A stretch of DNA of 64,000 bases. It comes from a bacterium (GTDB lineage Bacteria > Patescibacteriota > Microgenomatia > Levybacterales > UBA12049). The notes beneath the pieces are model-generated. The model was not told the DNA's origin and searched no databases. It saw nothing but the letters and a program-made list of their open reading frames with translations. This document shows, one piece after another, positions 54,898 through 64,000 of the stretch (position 1 is the stretch's first letter; every line of letters starts with the position of its first letter). The DNA lies in NCBI GenBank assembly GCA_021777565.1, contig JAJYDJ010000002.1, positions 5,082 to 69,081 on the forward strand, given 5' to 3'. The translations under genes and the position numbers were made by a program.

Positions 54898-56207
54898 TTA
54901 ATAAACAGTAAAGACACGATACCTAAAAAGAGGCCTGAGAACAAGAGTGTGAGCACATATTTCCATCCAGTAAGTTTTTGACACGCTACACCAATGAGTG
55001 GGAAGAGGGCGAGACTATAGCGCATGTATGACATCGTATCCGAGACCATCAGTGGCGTTGCCCACAGTATTAGCGTGGTAAGACCCAAAGGCTCGGGCAA
55101 ATTTTTCCACCAGACAAGAAGACCAATCAGTCCAACAAGTCCAACCAGCGTGTCCAGTTGAGAGAAATGGAAGGAGTGAAGAGGAAGTGCAAAAAAGACA
55201 CTGATGCTTGTCAAAAATGGAAGAAATGGGAACATCCCATATGCCCAGCCAAATTGCCTCACATGCAAGAAAAAAAGCATGTCCCCTGTTTGATACCAGT
55301 TAAAAAGAACCCACAGAACAAGTGGAATGAGGGCAATGCTAAACAGAAGCAGTATCTGCGTTCTTTTCAATCCATTTTTATATGCCCAATAGACGAGCAC
55401 CACAAGGAGAAGCCAACTTGTCCCGCTCACGATATTGGCACAGGCTAAAAACAGGGCTGCCAGATACAATCTTTTTTTTGTGAGAAAGTAGCTAAACCAG
55501 ACCAGAAGAAGAAGCCGCAAGCTATCAGAATACGGTGCATAGAGAAAAATACTGATCGGAAGTAGGAAAAAGAGCCAGGTTGCCCTCTGCCCTACCTTTT
55601 GACCAAACCAAGAAAGGAAGGCAAACCGAAGACTTAGAAACGTCAAAAGGGCAAGCGAGAGGGTCGTGACAAAAGCGGCAACTGGCAATGGGTGTATCAC
55701 CAGTGTGGCTGCTTTCAAAACAAGTGGGTACAAAGGGAAAAAGGCATAGGTAACTGCCTGCATCTGAGCCCTATTTTGAAAATCTGGTGAGGCTGGATGT
55801 GTAGGATATCCTCCGGCAGCAATGCGCATATACCACTGCACGTCATATTGGTCGAGTGAGTCAACAAGGCTAAAGTGATGGCCACTCATGCGTGGATCAG
55901 CCATAAAATGATGGGCATTGAATACGTAATTTAGCGTGTGAAAGGGTACGCGTGCATGGGCAAGCTGCATCCAGCCATACAAAAGGCACAAAATGAGGCT
56001 AAAAATTCCAGTAGCAATGAGTGTCGATCGTGAGAAAAGGTATCTATACATGCAAAAAACTTGTTTCTTTGGGCTACTTTCATTATCATAAGCATGAGTA
56101 TGACAATACGCAACAAACACGCACAAGGCGACTATGCTATTGGAGACACCTTTGAGGCTGGCATTAGCCTCACAGGAGCCGAGGTCAAGGCTATTCGCAC
56201 CGGACAT
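54879..56207 (-). CDS. Polytopic membrane protein, GT-C-like (PIG-V/DUF2029-like) candidate
   Basis: Multi-TM. Start overlaps the upstream gene's stop (54879-54897), suggesting an operon. Confidence 0.45.
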   Translation of the reverse strand: MSGANSLDLGSCEANASLKGVSNSIVALCVFVAYCHTHAYDNESSPKKQVFCMYRYLFSRSTLIATGIFSLILCLLYGWMQLAHARVPFHTLNYVFNAHHFMADPRMSGHHFSLVDSLDQYDVQWYMRIAAGGYPTHPASPDFQNRAQMQAVTYAFFPLYPLVLKAATLVIHPLPVAAFVTTLSLALLTFLSLRFAFLSWFGQKVGQRATWLFFLLPISIFLYAPYSDSLRLLLLVWFSYFLTKKRLYLAALFLACANIVSGTSWLLLVVLVYWAYKNGLKRTQILLLFSIALIPLVLWVLFNWYQTGDMLFFLHVRQFGWAYGMFPFLPFLTSISVFFALPLHSFHFSQLDTLVGLVGLIGLLVWWKNLPEPLGLTTLILWATPLMVSDTMSYMRYSLALFPLIGVACQKLTGWKYVLTLLFSGLFLGIVSLLFINWWWIG

Positions 56208-56537
56208 GCCGATATTACGGGGAGTTTTGTGCGCATTCTTGGCGGTGAAGCCTATTTGGTAGGCTCAAAAGTGTATCCGTACAAGTACGCTCGTCCCGAG
56301 ATGTTCCAGGAGGCACGCTCAAGAAAGCTCCTGTTGCACAAGGCTGAGCTCATCTCTTTGAAGTCAAAAATGGAGGGGCAGCATTTGACATTGGTCCCTC
56401 TTTCACTATATACTAAAGGCCGAATCATCAAGCTTTCTGTAGGCTTAGGTAAGGGTAAAAAGCAGTTTGACAAGCGCAAAGAATTGAGACAAAAATCGAT
56501 CAATAGAGATATTGAGCGAGCACTTACTGGCAAGTAA
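56100..56537 (+). CDS. smpB: SsrA-binding protein SmpB
   Basis: NKHAQGDYAIGDTFEAGISLTGAEVKAIR...KLLLHKAEL. Start at the internal Met. Confidence 0.85.
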   Translation: MTIRNKHAQGDYAIGDTFEAGISLTGAEVKAIRTGHADITGSFVRILGGEAYLVGSKVYPYKYARPEMFQEARSRKLLLHKAELISLKSKMEGQHLTLVPLSLYTKGRIIKLSVGLGKGKKQFDKRKELRQKSINRDIERALTGK

Positions 56538-56579
56538 TCAGCCTTCGCAGTAAGATATCTTGAAAAGGGATATTTTTCT

Positions 56580-56996
56580 GGGGATGCATTGATTCGACAA
56601 GATCGCACGTTAACAAATCGCAAGCCGACTTTGAGTACCAGTCGTAAAACAGATTCAACAATTAAATGCTGACGGAATAATCAGCAAGGTGCGTCAAGCC
56701 ACTACGCAAGTATTGGCAGACATGGGCAACGTTGTTGCTCCATCTTATCAAAGAGCTTATCTCTTTGCATAAGGCACTGTCCTTACTCTTTTTCTCGGTG
56801 AAGAGTTTGGGCTAAAACACAGCTGAGAGAACGAGTTTTTACTGCGGTAAACGGTAGAAATTAGCTTTTATTTATCTAGTCTATGTTTTTCCTGTTGATG
56901 GGAACAGAAGATAGGCGAATTTTTTATACATCAACTACGCTTGTAGACGTTTGTTTTCCTGTATTTTGGACTGGGGCTCGTTACCCCACATCTCCA
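56580..56996 (+). ncRNA. ssrA: tmRNA (SsrA), one-piece
   Basis: 5' GGGGATGCATTGATTCGACAAG. 3' tRNA-like end GGACTGGGGCTCGTTACCCCACATCTCCA, whose acceptor pairing gives G3:U70. Directly downstream of smpB. Confidence 0.8.
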
Positions 56997-56998
56997 CA

Positions 56999-57691
56999 CT
57001 ATTCGTCTTGCTCTCTGGCAAGACATAAGCCATATACCCTTCTTACACCATTGTGTTTGAGTATTCTTGCAGCTTCCATGAGTGTAGACCCTGTGGTGAG
57101 CACGTCATCCACTAGAAAAACAATCGATTTTTCAACATTAGAAGTTAACACAAATGCATCTCGCATATTACTCTTTCTCTCTAACGGTGAAAGCCCAAAT
57201 TGTGCCTTCGTGTTTTTCTGTCGTATCAAACAGTTTGAGACAGGCATATGTACCAATTCCCCAAGTTTTTGGGCAAGCAGACGTGACTGATTATATCCTC
57301 TCACGCGTTCTCTCCTGCGATGCAGTGGTATTGGTATCAATACCCCTTCCCCACGACTCAGCAGTTCCCCTACAATTTCCTTTTGAATAAGACTTTCATA
57401 CATGAGCGTAGAAAGAAATCCTGCCATATGAGAAAGATATGGCTCATATTTAAATTGATATAAAAGCGTATTAATGATGTGTTTATATGAAAGTGCGCAA
57501 AAAACGCCATCTAGTGAGTATCGATTCTGACATGCGGGATGCGTAAGGCCATCTAGCGATGGTTTATTGCAGACACAGCAAAGATGTTTGACATCAAATG
57601 AGAGTTTTGCAAAACATCGTGTACACAGATACTCTCCCCATCTTTGACAGATCACACAATACGTTGGAAAAAGAAGATCGATAAGACCCAC
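56999..57691 (-). CDS. ComF-family protein (phosphoribosyltransferase domain)
   Basis: N-terminal CxxC zinc ribbon (CVICQRWGEYLCTRC...CCVCNK). C-terminal VFLVDDVLTTGSTLMEAA PRTase motif. Confidence 0.7.
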   Translation of the reverse strand: MGLIDLLFPTYCVICQRWGEYLCTRCFAKLSFDVKHLCCVCNKPSLDGLTHPACQNRYSLDGVFCALSYKHIINTLLYQFKYEPYLSHMAGFLSTLMYESLIQKEIVGELLSRGEGVLIPIPLHRRRERVRGYNQSRLLAQKLGELVHMPVSNCLIRQKNTKAQFGLSPLERKSNMRDAFVLTSNVEKSIVFLVDDVLTTGSTLMEAARILKHNGVRRVYGLCLAREQDE

Positions 57692-57705
57692 AAATCCAGT
57701 CTATC

Positions 57706-57714
57706 AATCTGATA
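57706..57714 (+). promoter_or_regulatory. Extended -10 (TGATATAAT) promoter for tRNA-Ser(GCT)
   Basis: tgatataat lies 13 nt upstream of the tRNA 5' end. Confidence 0.4.
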
Positions 57715-57727
57715 TAATCCTTCTCAA

Positions 57728-57813
57728 GGAGGAGTCGCATAGAGGCCCATTGCGGAGGTTTGCTAAATCTCTGAGCCGCAAGGCTCGCGCAGGTTCGAAT
57801 CCTGTCTCCTCCG
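57728..57813 (+). tRNA. tRNA-Ser (anticodon GCT), type II
   Basis: Acceptor ggaggag/ctcctcc. Anticodon stem gaggt/atctc with loop ttgctaa. Long variable arm. Confidence 0.85.
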
Positions 57814-57886
57814 CCTTTGTTCGCCGAAGCTCTGCTTGCAGAGCGAAGGAGAATTTCGGCTCACTTCGGCGGACACAGTCCGCTAC

Positions 57887-58054
57887 ATGTTTTATTACGT
57901 TTACATACTTAAATGTTCTGACGGGAATCCATATACTGGATGTACAAATAACCTAAAAGATCGTATCCATAGGCATGAGTTAGGTTATGTCCCTGCTACT
58001 AAGACAAGATTACCAGTAGTCCTTACTACCTATTTTGCATTTTCTGATAAATAA
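57887..58054 (+). CDS. Small GIY-YIG nuclease-family protein (YhbQ-like)
   Basis: FYYVYILKCSDGNPYTGCTNNLKDRIHRHE matches the GIY...YIG...R...H core. Alternative TTG start at 57836. Confidence 0.55.
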   Translation: MFYYVYILKCSDGNPYTGCTNNLKDRIHRHELGYVPATKTRLPVVLTTYFAFSDK

Positions 58055-58217
58055 AAAGCTTATCAATTTGAATCATACTTAAAATCGGGTTCTGGACGTG
58101 CCTTTCTCAAAAAACATATCTTTTAGTTTTGTCTTCTCAAACAGCGCTATTTCACGTATAATTGGGGTACTTACGGAGAGGTCGCCCCATAAAGGGACTA
58201 CGCTCCTCGTTAAACTC

Positions 58218-58305
<88 letters not shown>

Positions 58306-58327
58306 CAGGGAATTATTTTTTGTGAAG

Positions 58328-58933
58328 TTAACTGGGGATTTCACGTGAGCTAATAATATTCATAAACTGCTTTCTATATTCTTCTGATTTCTCAAACTCA
58401 CCTTTATACACACAGGTTGTCATGATTGACATTTTCTTTTCAACACCTCGTGCGATATTACAGAAATGCTTTCCCTCAATATATACAGCAGCGCCTCGTG
58501 CATGGCCTACTTTCATGAGTGCCTCAGCAATCTGCGTGCCAAGCGTTTCCTGATCCTGCAGTCTTCTCGCATAGATATCAACAGCACGGGAAAGTTTACT
58601 AATTCCTAATACATGTTTGGGGGACGGAATATATGCGATATGTACGTAACCGAAAAATGGCAACAAGTGGTGCTCACATAAGGAAAAGAAGTCAATATTT
58701 CTCAGTGAGATGATCCCATTGTAGCTAGACAGATTCTCAAATAATTTATTTTCTTTTTCCAGTGACCTATCATACCCGCCAAGTAAATACTTTATAGCAA
58801 CTTCAAATCTTTTTGGTGTTTCCTTAAGACCATTTCTGTCTGGGTCTTCACCAAGTTGAACAAAGAATTCCCTCACAGCATCTTGTACCATGATTCCAGA
58901 TGGACTAATTTGTTTTTTCTTTGAACTAAACAT
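58328..58933 (-). CDS. folE: GTP cyclohydrolase I
   Basis: [18 protein letters not shown]...[21 protein letters not shown] signature. Confidence 0.85.
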   Translation of the reverse strand: MFSSKKKQISPSGIMVQDAVREFFVQLGEDPDRNGLKETPKRFEVAIKYLLGGYDRSLEKENKLFENLSSYNGIISLRNIDFFSLCEHHLLPFFGYVHIAYIPSPKHVLGISKLSRAVDIYARRLQDQETLGTQIAEALMKVGHARGAAVYIEGKHFCNIARGVEKKMSIMTTCVYKGEFEKSEEYRKQFMNIISSREIPS

Positions 58934-58936
58934 ACA

Positions 58937-59711
58937 TTACTTATTTTCAGGCAGAAGCTGCCATATAAAATCGAAGAGCTCTTTAGAGTTTTTATAATAA
59001 TCGTTATTTTTCAGCACTACTCCTGTTGGCCTTTCACCAATATTAATAATACTGACATACCCATCATAAATGAGAATATCGGCAGCAGTGAGACTAACAT
59101 TATCAGGTAAAAATTTATATGTATATCTTTCAAGTGTCTTTACACTCTGACCAAATGAATTTGTCTTTGCCCTTGACTCGGGAGATCCATCGATAATCTC
59201 ATAAATTTGTATTTCATTATTCTTTTTCAATGCCTCTGCAAACATGTCCCCGTTACCTGGCATGAGACTGGACATAAGAGAGAGATTCACATAAGACCTG
59301 AGTTCTTTCGCAGCGAATGCTGCCTCATAGATTTTATTAATTCCATTCTTCCCTTTGTAGTATTTCACCTCAAAGTTCCCATCATCATCACTTTGGGTAA
59401 ACATGCCGTGCATTTTCTGCAGCATTTCAGGAAGTCCTTCTTTAATTTGGTGTGCTGATTCTACCTTCTCCCCAACCAGACTGGTAAGCCCTTCGAGCGG
59501 CAAAAAGGGTGTGTGATCCTTTGACCATTCGGGTGACCAAGCCCTTCTCCTGCAACGGATTAATGTAGTTGTACATGGTAGTACGGTTCATCTCGAGCAT
59601 TTGAGCGAGCTCTTGAACACTTTTTGGGCCTTTTTCAAGAAGTTTTAAGTAGATCTTTGTTTCTATATCAGATAGCCCTGCTTTTTCCAGGAATGCTTGG
59701 ATCGTATTCAT
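58937..59711 (-). pseudogene. TrmB-family transcriptional regulator split by a frameshift in a T5 run (N-terminal wHTH ORF 59442..59711, C-terminal domain ORF 58937..59503)
   Basis: Frame A encodes the TrmB-type HTH (SVQELAQMLEMNRTTMYNYINPLQEKGLV) and stops 23 codons later. The overlapping frame B continues a roughly 188-aa C-terminal domain. Deleting one T in ccctttttgcc joins them seamlessly. Confidence 0.5.
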
Positions 59712-59921
59712 AGGCCTCCTGCCCGTATTATACGTACAACATTATGCATTTGTAAAGATGCAACTAGGTTTCACACACGCCCAGCCTCGCACTGTGTCTA
59801 TTTCCTGACAACCCCGTTGACAGAGAGGCAAAAATACATTATTCTACAACCTATAAAATAAGTTTAAAGACATGCCTCCATCTGACCACTTGCCAGACGC
59901 GCACGAGAATATACTATACAT

Positions 59922-61691
59922 ATGAAAAAGAAATCAGCTGTTCACGCACAGGCTCATCCTGAGCACACAAAACTTTCTCAATGGTTTGCAACCGCTATCT
60001 GTGGCAATGATATTCTCTCCTCTACTTTTTACGTCTCAGGTATCTCTATCATCTATGCTGGGGTCTATGCACCTATCGTACTTGCCTGTATCTCTCTCGT
60101 TCTTTTTTTCTATAAATCTGTCTATACCGAGGTTGTGAGTGCCTTGCCAGTTAACGGAGGTGCCTATAACTGCCTTTTGAATGCCACATCCAAACAACTT
60201 GCAGCTATTGCAGGCACAACGACAATCCTCTCTTATATAGCGACCGCCGTTATTTCAGGTGAATCAGCCATGCAATATTTGAACTCACTCGTAACTATTC
60301 CTGTTATTCCCCTTACGATTGGCCTTCTAGGACTCTTTGCAGTGCTGGTTATCTCAGGCATCAAAGACTCTGCAAAAGTTGCATTTGCTATCTTTAGCTT
60401 CCATGTATTGGTACTCTCTGGGTTTGTTGCCTTTGGCGCATACTATGCCCTCTCCGGAGGACACTCCTACCTCTGGGCCAATTTGACGGCAACCACCCCA
60501 ATTCTTGATCGTCTTGGTGGTCTTATTCCAGCCATCTTTTTTGGTTTTGCCGCTTCACTTCTGGGGGTATCTGGATTTGAATCCTCAGCTAACTTCGTTG
60601 AAGAACAAAAACCTGGGGTATTCCCAAAGACACTGAGAAACATGTTGATCAGTGTGGCTATTTTTAACCCATCTATCGCCCTTATCGCACTCAATACTCT
60701 TCCATTTGACGTCATTATCAAGGCGAAGGACTTCCTTCTCTCAGACGTTGCACACGTATTAGGTGGCCCGATACTACAATATATAGTCGTCATTGATGCC
60801 GTATTTGTTCTCTCAGGAGCCGTGCTGACTGCTTTTGTTGGAGTCAGTGGTCTTATCTTCCGTATGACGACCGATGGGTGCTTCCCTGATATTATTGCTA
60901 AAGTAAACAAGAAAGGCTCGTATCCCTACATAATTATCTTGTTCTTTGCACTATGTACCTCAATTCTTCTGGCAACTAACGGCGATCTTCTCTCCTTAGC
61001 AGGCGTCTACACGATCGCCTTCCTTTCAGTGATGACCTTGTTTGCCTTGGGTAATTTACTGATGCGTGAGACTCGAAAAGAGCTCAAACGTCCATACCAC
61101 GCACCACTCATCTTTGTCATTTTTGCATTTATTGCGACTGCTGTTGGTATCTTTGGCAACGTTCGACTTGACCCAGTCAATGTACGATACTTCCTTACAT
61201 ACTTTGCCCCAGCTATCTTGCTGGTCTTTGGAACTATATATTTAGACTATGTTCTTCGTGCACTGATGCGATTTACCAGAAGAATCCCTGTGCTGCATGA
61301 TTTCTTTGAAAGAATGTTTGATAAATCTGCGAGTGGTACATATATTGTGTTTGTGCATCACCTTGACCGCCTTTACGATATCCTTAACTACATTGATCGT
61401 AACGAAGTAGGGCGAAACGTATACTTTGTGCACTGCAATGACAAAGGCACACCAGAGTATGACAAAGACTATAAAGAGCTAGTAAAAACCATTCCAATTC
61501 TCCAAAAATCTGGCGTTTGCCCACAGCTTAATATCCAGACAGTATACCGTCATGAGAAATTTGGACCTGAGGTCGTAGATAGTGTCGCCCACGACTATAA
61601 AATACCTAAAAACAAAGTACTCCTTGGTTCTATCAGAGATGAACACACCTTTAGTTACGAAGAATTCGACGGTGCACGTATTATCTTCTAA
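59922..61691 (+). CDS. APC-family amino acid permease with a C-terminal cytoplasmic domain
   Basis: Twelve predicted TM helices (…GNDILSSTFYVSG…). Roughly 140-aa soluble C-terminal region. Confidence 0.75.
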   Translation: MKKKSAVHAQAHPEHTKLSQWFATAICGNDILSSTFYVSGISIIYAGVYAPIVLACISLVLFFYKSVYTEVVSALPVNGGAYNCLLNATSKQLAAIAGTTTILSYIATAVISGESAMQYLNSLVTIPVIPLTIGLLGLFAVLVISGIKDSAKVAFAIFSFHVLVLSGFVAFGAYYALSGGHSYLWANLTATTPILDRLGGLIPAIFFGFAASLLGVSGFESSANFVEEQKPGVFPKTLRNMLISVAIFNPSIALIALNTLPFDVIIKAKDFLLSDVAHVLGGPILQYIVVIDAVFVLSGAVLTAFVGVSGLIFRMTTDGCFPDIIAKVNKKGSYPYIIILFFALCTSILLATNGDLLSLAGVYTIAFLSVMTLFALGNLLMRETRKELKRPYHAPLIFVIFAFIATAVGIFGNVRLDPVNVRYFLTYFAPAILLVFGTIYLDYVLRALMRFTRRIPVLHDFFERMFDKSASGTYIVFVHHLDRLYDILNYIDRNEVGRNVYFVHCNDKGTPEYDKDYKELVKTIPILQKSGVCPQLNIQTVYRHEKFGPEVVDSVAHDYKIPKNKVLLGSIRDEHTFSYEEFDGARIIF

Positions 61692-61726
61692 AATCCCTTC
61701 TTTTCCCGTATAATAAGCCCATCTCT

Positions 61727-61813
61727 GGAGAGGTCGCATAGAGGCCTAGTGCGCACGCTTGGAAAGCGTGTATGGGAGAAATCTCATCGAGGGTTCGAAT
61801 CCCTCCCTCTCCG
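61727..61813 (+). tRNA. tRNA-Ser (anticodon GGA), type II
   Basis: Acceptor ggagagg/cctctcc. Anticodon stem cacgc/gcgtg with loop ttggaaa. Long variable arm. Confidence 0.85.
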
Positions 61814-61921
61814 CCTAACTCCTTTGGTTCCGTCAAGTCCCATCCACTATATCCATTTAGCTTGTCTTAACTTGTTGAAAAATAGCCATAATTCACTCAG
61901 TTTTGTTCGAAACCCATTGCC

Positions 61922-62353
61922 TTACACTTTCCCAGGCACTACCTTCGTTTTTTTATACACAAACTTGAGTCTATGCAGTAGGTGGGTCATGCCATCAATG
62001 GAGTAATGTACCTGGTAGATCCTTCCTACGTATTCAACCACTTCTTTCACACTTTGACACGTATGGCTCTTGAGATAGGAAACCAGTTCTTGTTCTTGAA
62101 CCTTTGTTAATAACCAATTCCTTCCATGGTAGTGACATTCCAGAAGTCCTTCGATCTTCTTCTCTTGGTAGTGTTTCTCATATCTTCGTACAGTTACATC
62201 ATCCAACAGAAGTATTTTTGCAATTTGTTCATACGTAAATCCTTCATGAAGCAGAAGTATTGCCTTTATCCTATCTGCCAATCTTTTATCTCTCTGCTGT
62301 TTATGTGCAATACGAAGTTCTTTTACCTCTTCTCCAGTGAGCAATTCTTTCAT
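61922..62353 (-). mobile_element. IS630/Tc1-family transposase N-terminal HTH domain only (truncated remnant; no DDE domain)
   Basis: …RLADRIKAILLLHEGFTYEQIAKILLLDDVTVRRYEKHYQEKKIEGLL… is a typical IS630 ORF-A winged helix. Only about 100 nt separate it from tRNA-Ser(GGA), leaving no room for the catalytic domain. Confidence 0.5.
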
Positions 62354-62779
62354 CCTCCCTTACTATCTCAGACTACATCACACTTTTGCAATCCCTATGA
62401 AGATGGGTATACATCTTAACACCTGCATGCTGTCTATGACAAGATATTCTCTTGGGTCATGACCAATTGACACATCTGAACGGCCTCAGAAGGAATATTG
62501 TGAATTCTTTGTGTTGAAATAGTGTGTATGTTGGTAGCCTATTCAGACACTATTGCTTGGGGAGAAGACTCCTCCCACTTTTCATTTTTTGCCGATATTT
62601 CATCCTACTTCTACAGATGTCCCTGATCTCACACATACACCACTTCCTTAAAAGTTCGCCTCTTTTACTTAACTCTCTATGCCTCATACTGACTGCCTGT
62701 AGGGCTTTTGTGAACCCCACAAAATTTTCTGTCACTTTTCGTCTTGACGGATTATCCGTTTACAGGATAAAGTTAAAAT

Positions 62780-63328
62780 ATGCAAGAAGAAAATATCATA
62801 CCAAAAAATGCAAACGACAAAGAAATAATAAAAACGTTTCATCAGGAAACTACATTTTTTGCCTGGGACGCACCAAGCCGTCCATGGAAAAAGAGAACAA
62901 AGGCATATTATAGCTCCAGCATTCTTATTTCTTTTTTTATTGAAATAATCCTATTTCTCTTCTCACAATATATTATAATGATGACCGTTGCTGCTTTTAT
63001 TTTCCTTATTTTTATACTTGCTACTGTCGAGCCTAAGAATTTTCACTATAGAGTTACAAGGGAAGGGATTCTTATAGAAGATCATTTTTATATCTGGGAG
63101 GAGCTCTATGATTTTTATATCCAACAAAGATTTGGGAGAGATGTTGTTTATATCCATACTCGTAGCATACTCCCTGGGATTCTATTACTTGTCGTCAATT
63201 CTGGAGATTTAGAGAACGTTAAGGAGTTACTTACCCGGCATATTGCATTTCGTGAATTTATCAAACCAACCATTACTCAAATGATAGGTGCGTGGCTAAC
63301 AAAATTATTTCCATTGGAGGAATTATGA
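62780..63328 (+). CDS. Hypothetical membrane protein (two TM helices plus a bPH-like C-terminal region), in an AT-rich segment
   Basis: TM FFIEIILFLFSQYIIMMTVAAFIFLIFILATV followed by YRVTREGILIEDHFYIWEELYD. Confidence 0.4.
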   Translation: MQEENIIPKNANDKEIIKTFHQETTFFAWDAPSRPWKKRTKAYYSSSILISFFIEIILFLFSQYIIMMTVAAFIFLIFILATVEPKNFHYRVTREGILIEDHFYIWEELYDFYIQQRFGRDVVYIHTRSILPGILLLVVNSGDLENVKELLTRHIAFREFIKPTITQMIGAWLTKLFPLEEL

Positions 63329-64000
63329 AAAATTTAACAAAAATAATATTCTTTTTTTTATTTTTCTCACTAAGCTTTATAAAACAACCAGGATATGTTT
63401 TTGCACAGCAAAGTAATAGCTCAAACTCCCTAACTACGAATGATGTTATCAACATAAATAAAATTGTTGATGGAGTTGGAGAAATTGCTGTTTGTCAATT
63501 AACTGGGATTAGTCTTATAACAAAACAGCATGATTGTATTACGCCGAAATACGAGAATGGTCAGATTTCTTATGTTAGGAACACTGATCCCAACAATTTT
63601 GGCATTCTAACAATAACAACAAATCTTATAGGACAGTTGTATAGCATCCCAATAAGTACAAATGATTCACTTGTGTACCTTAAAGAAAATTTTGGAATTG
63701 TTCATCCTGCTTATGCAGACGGTTTAGGAGCAAACAATATACATGCACTTCTCCCCGTCTGGCTCATATTCAGAAACCTTTGTCTTTCGATTTTTATTCT
63801 TCTTCTTACCATTATCGGCATTCTGATTATGTTTCGCGCACCAATCGATCAAAGAACAATTTTTACAATAGAGGGACAGTTGCCAAATATTATAATCATT
63901 TTTATCCTTTTCAACTTTTCTTTTGCTATTGTTGGACTTATGGCAGATGGTATGCACGTAGCAAATAACTTTGTCTTCAATTTACTTGATCCAATAGCTC
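63326..64000 (+). CDS. Partial ORF (continues beyond the window): secreted or polytopic membrane protein in the AT-rich region
   Basis: ATG at 63326 is open to the window end. Signal peptide (KIIFFFLFFSLSFI...VFAQQ). Later TM segments (LLPVWLIFRNLCLSIFILLLTIIGILIMF). Not in the ORF track because it is incomplete. Confidence 0.4.

Noticed and set aside
63724-63968. Minus-strand and short plus-strand ORFs at the window end
   Set aside because: They overlap the longer open reading frame starting at 63326, which has a signal peptide and TM segments.

Overview
This 64-kb window reads as a chromosomal segment from a small-genome bacterium with Gram-positive-type cell-envelope genes, possibly Patescibacteria/CPR-like, but that is only inference from gene content. 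Most of it is housekeeping: rho, radA with a YacL-like PIN-TRAM gene, an S1-domain protein, tgt, gap, gmk, rpe, rpiB, a PfkB kinase, two tandem class-A PBPs, smpB with tmRNA, folE, comF, and an nrdR-nrdJ operon. It carries a 23S-5S rRNA unit on the minus strand preceded by tRNA-Ala(TGC) but with no 16S in the window. It also has nine further tRNA genes, among them tRNA-Ile(UAU), a Ser-type tRNA with an apparent ACU anticodon, and a compressed initiator-like tRNA behind a consensus sigma70 promoter. The accessory content is more interesting. (1) A cobalamin riboswitch controls a DUF4430 protein and a large alpha/alpha-repeat protein, which together resemble a split transcobalamin. These sit next to a PduO adenosyltransferase, an ECF-S-component-like membrane protein, B12-dependent NrdJ and NrdR, so the region looks like a B12 scavenging and use island. 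(2) A roughly 65-145 bp MITE-like element with 12-bp terminal inverted repeats (GTCATTCTGARC...GCTCAGAATGAC) occurs three times, each time pressed against a gene boundary, and one copy is translated in frame. (3) A co-oriented locus encodes two paralogous secreted proteins with a conserved C-terminal Y-S-D-x-L-T-V motif, two C-terminally anchored paralogs and a large FN3-containing anchored protein. This is reminiscent of Csc/WxL cell-surface complexes. A divergent 1277-aa glycine-rich giant protein and a candidate HTH/PIN toxin-antitoxin pair lie alongside. (4) A membrane-anchored HerA/VirB4-superfamily ATPase is paired with an acidic protein. (5) There are recombinase and IS remnants: an XerC/D-like tyrosine recombinase beside an AT-rich islet and tRNAs, and an IS630 N-terminal HTH remnant next to tRNA-Ser(GGA) that opens an AT-rich region at the window end. 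No CRISPR array was seen. Many ORFs in the supplied track are antisense or overlap RNA genes and are rejected below.
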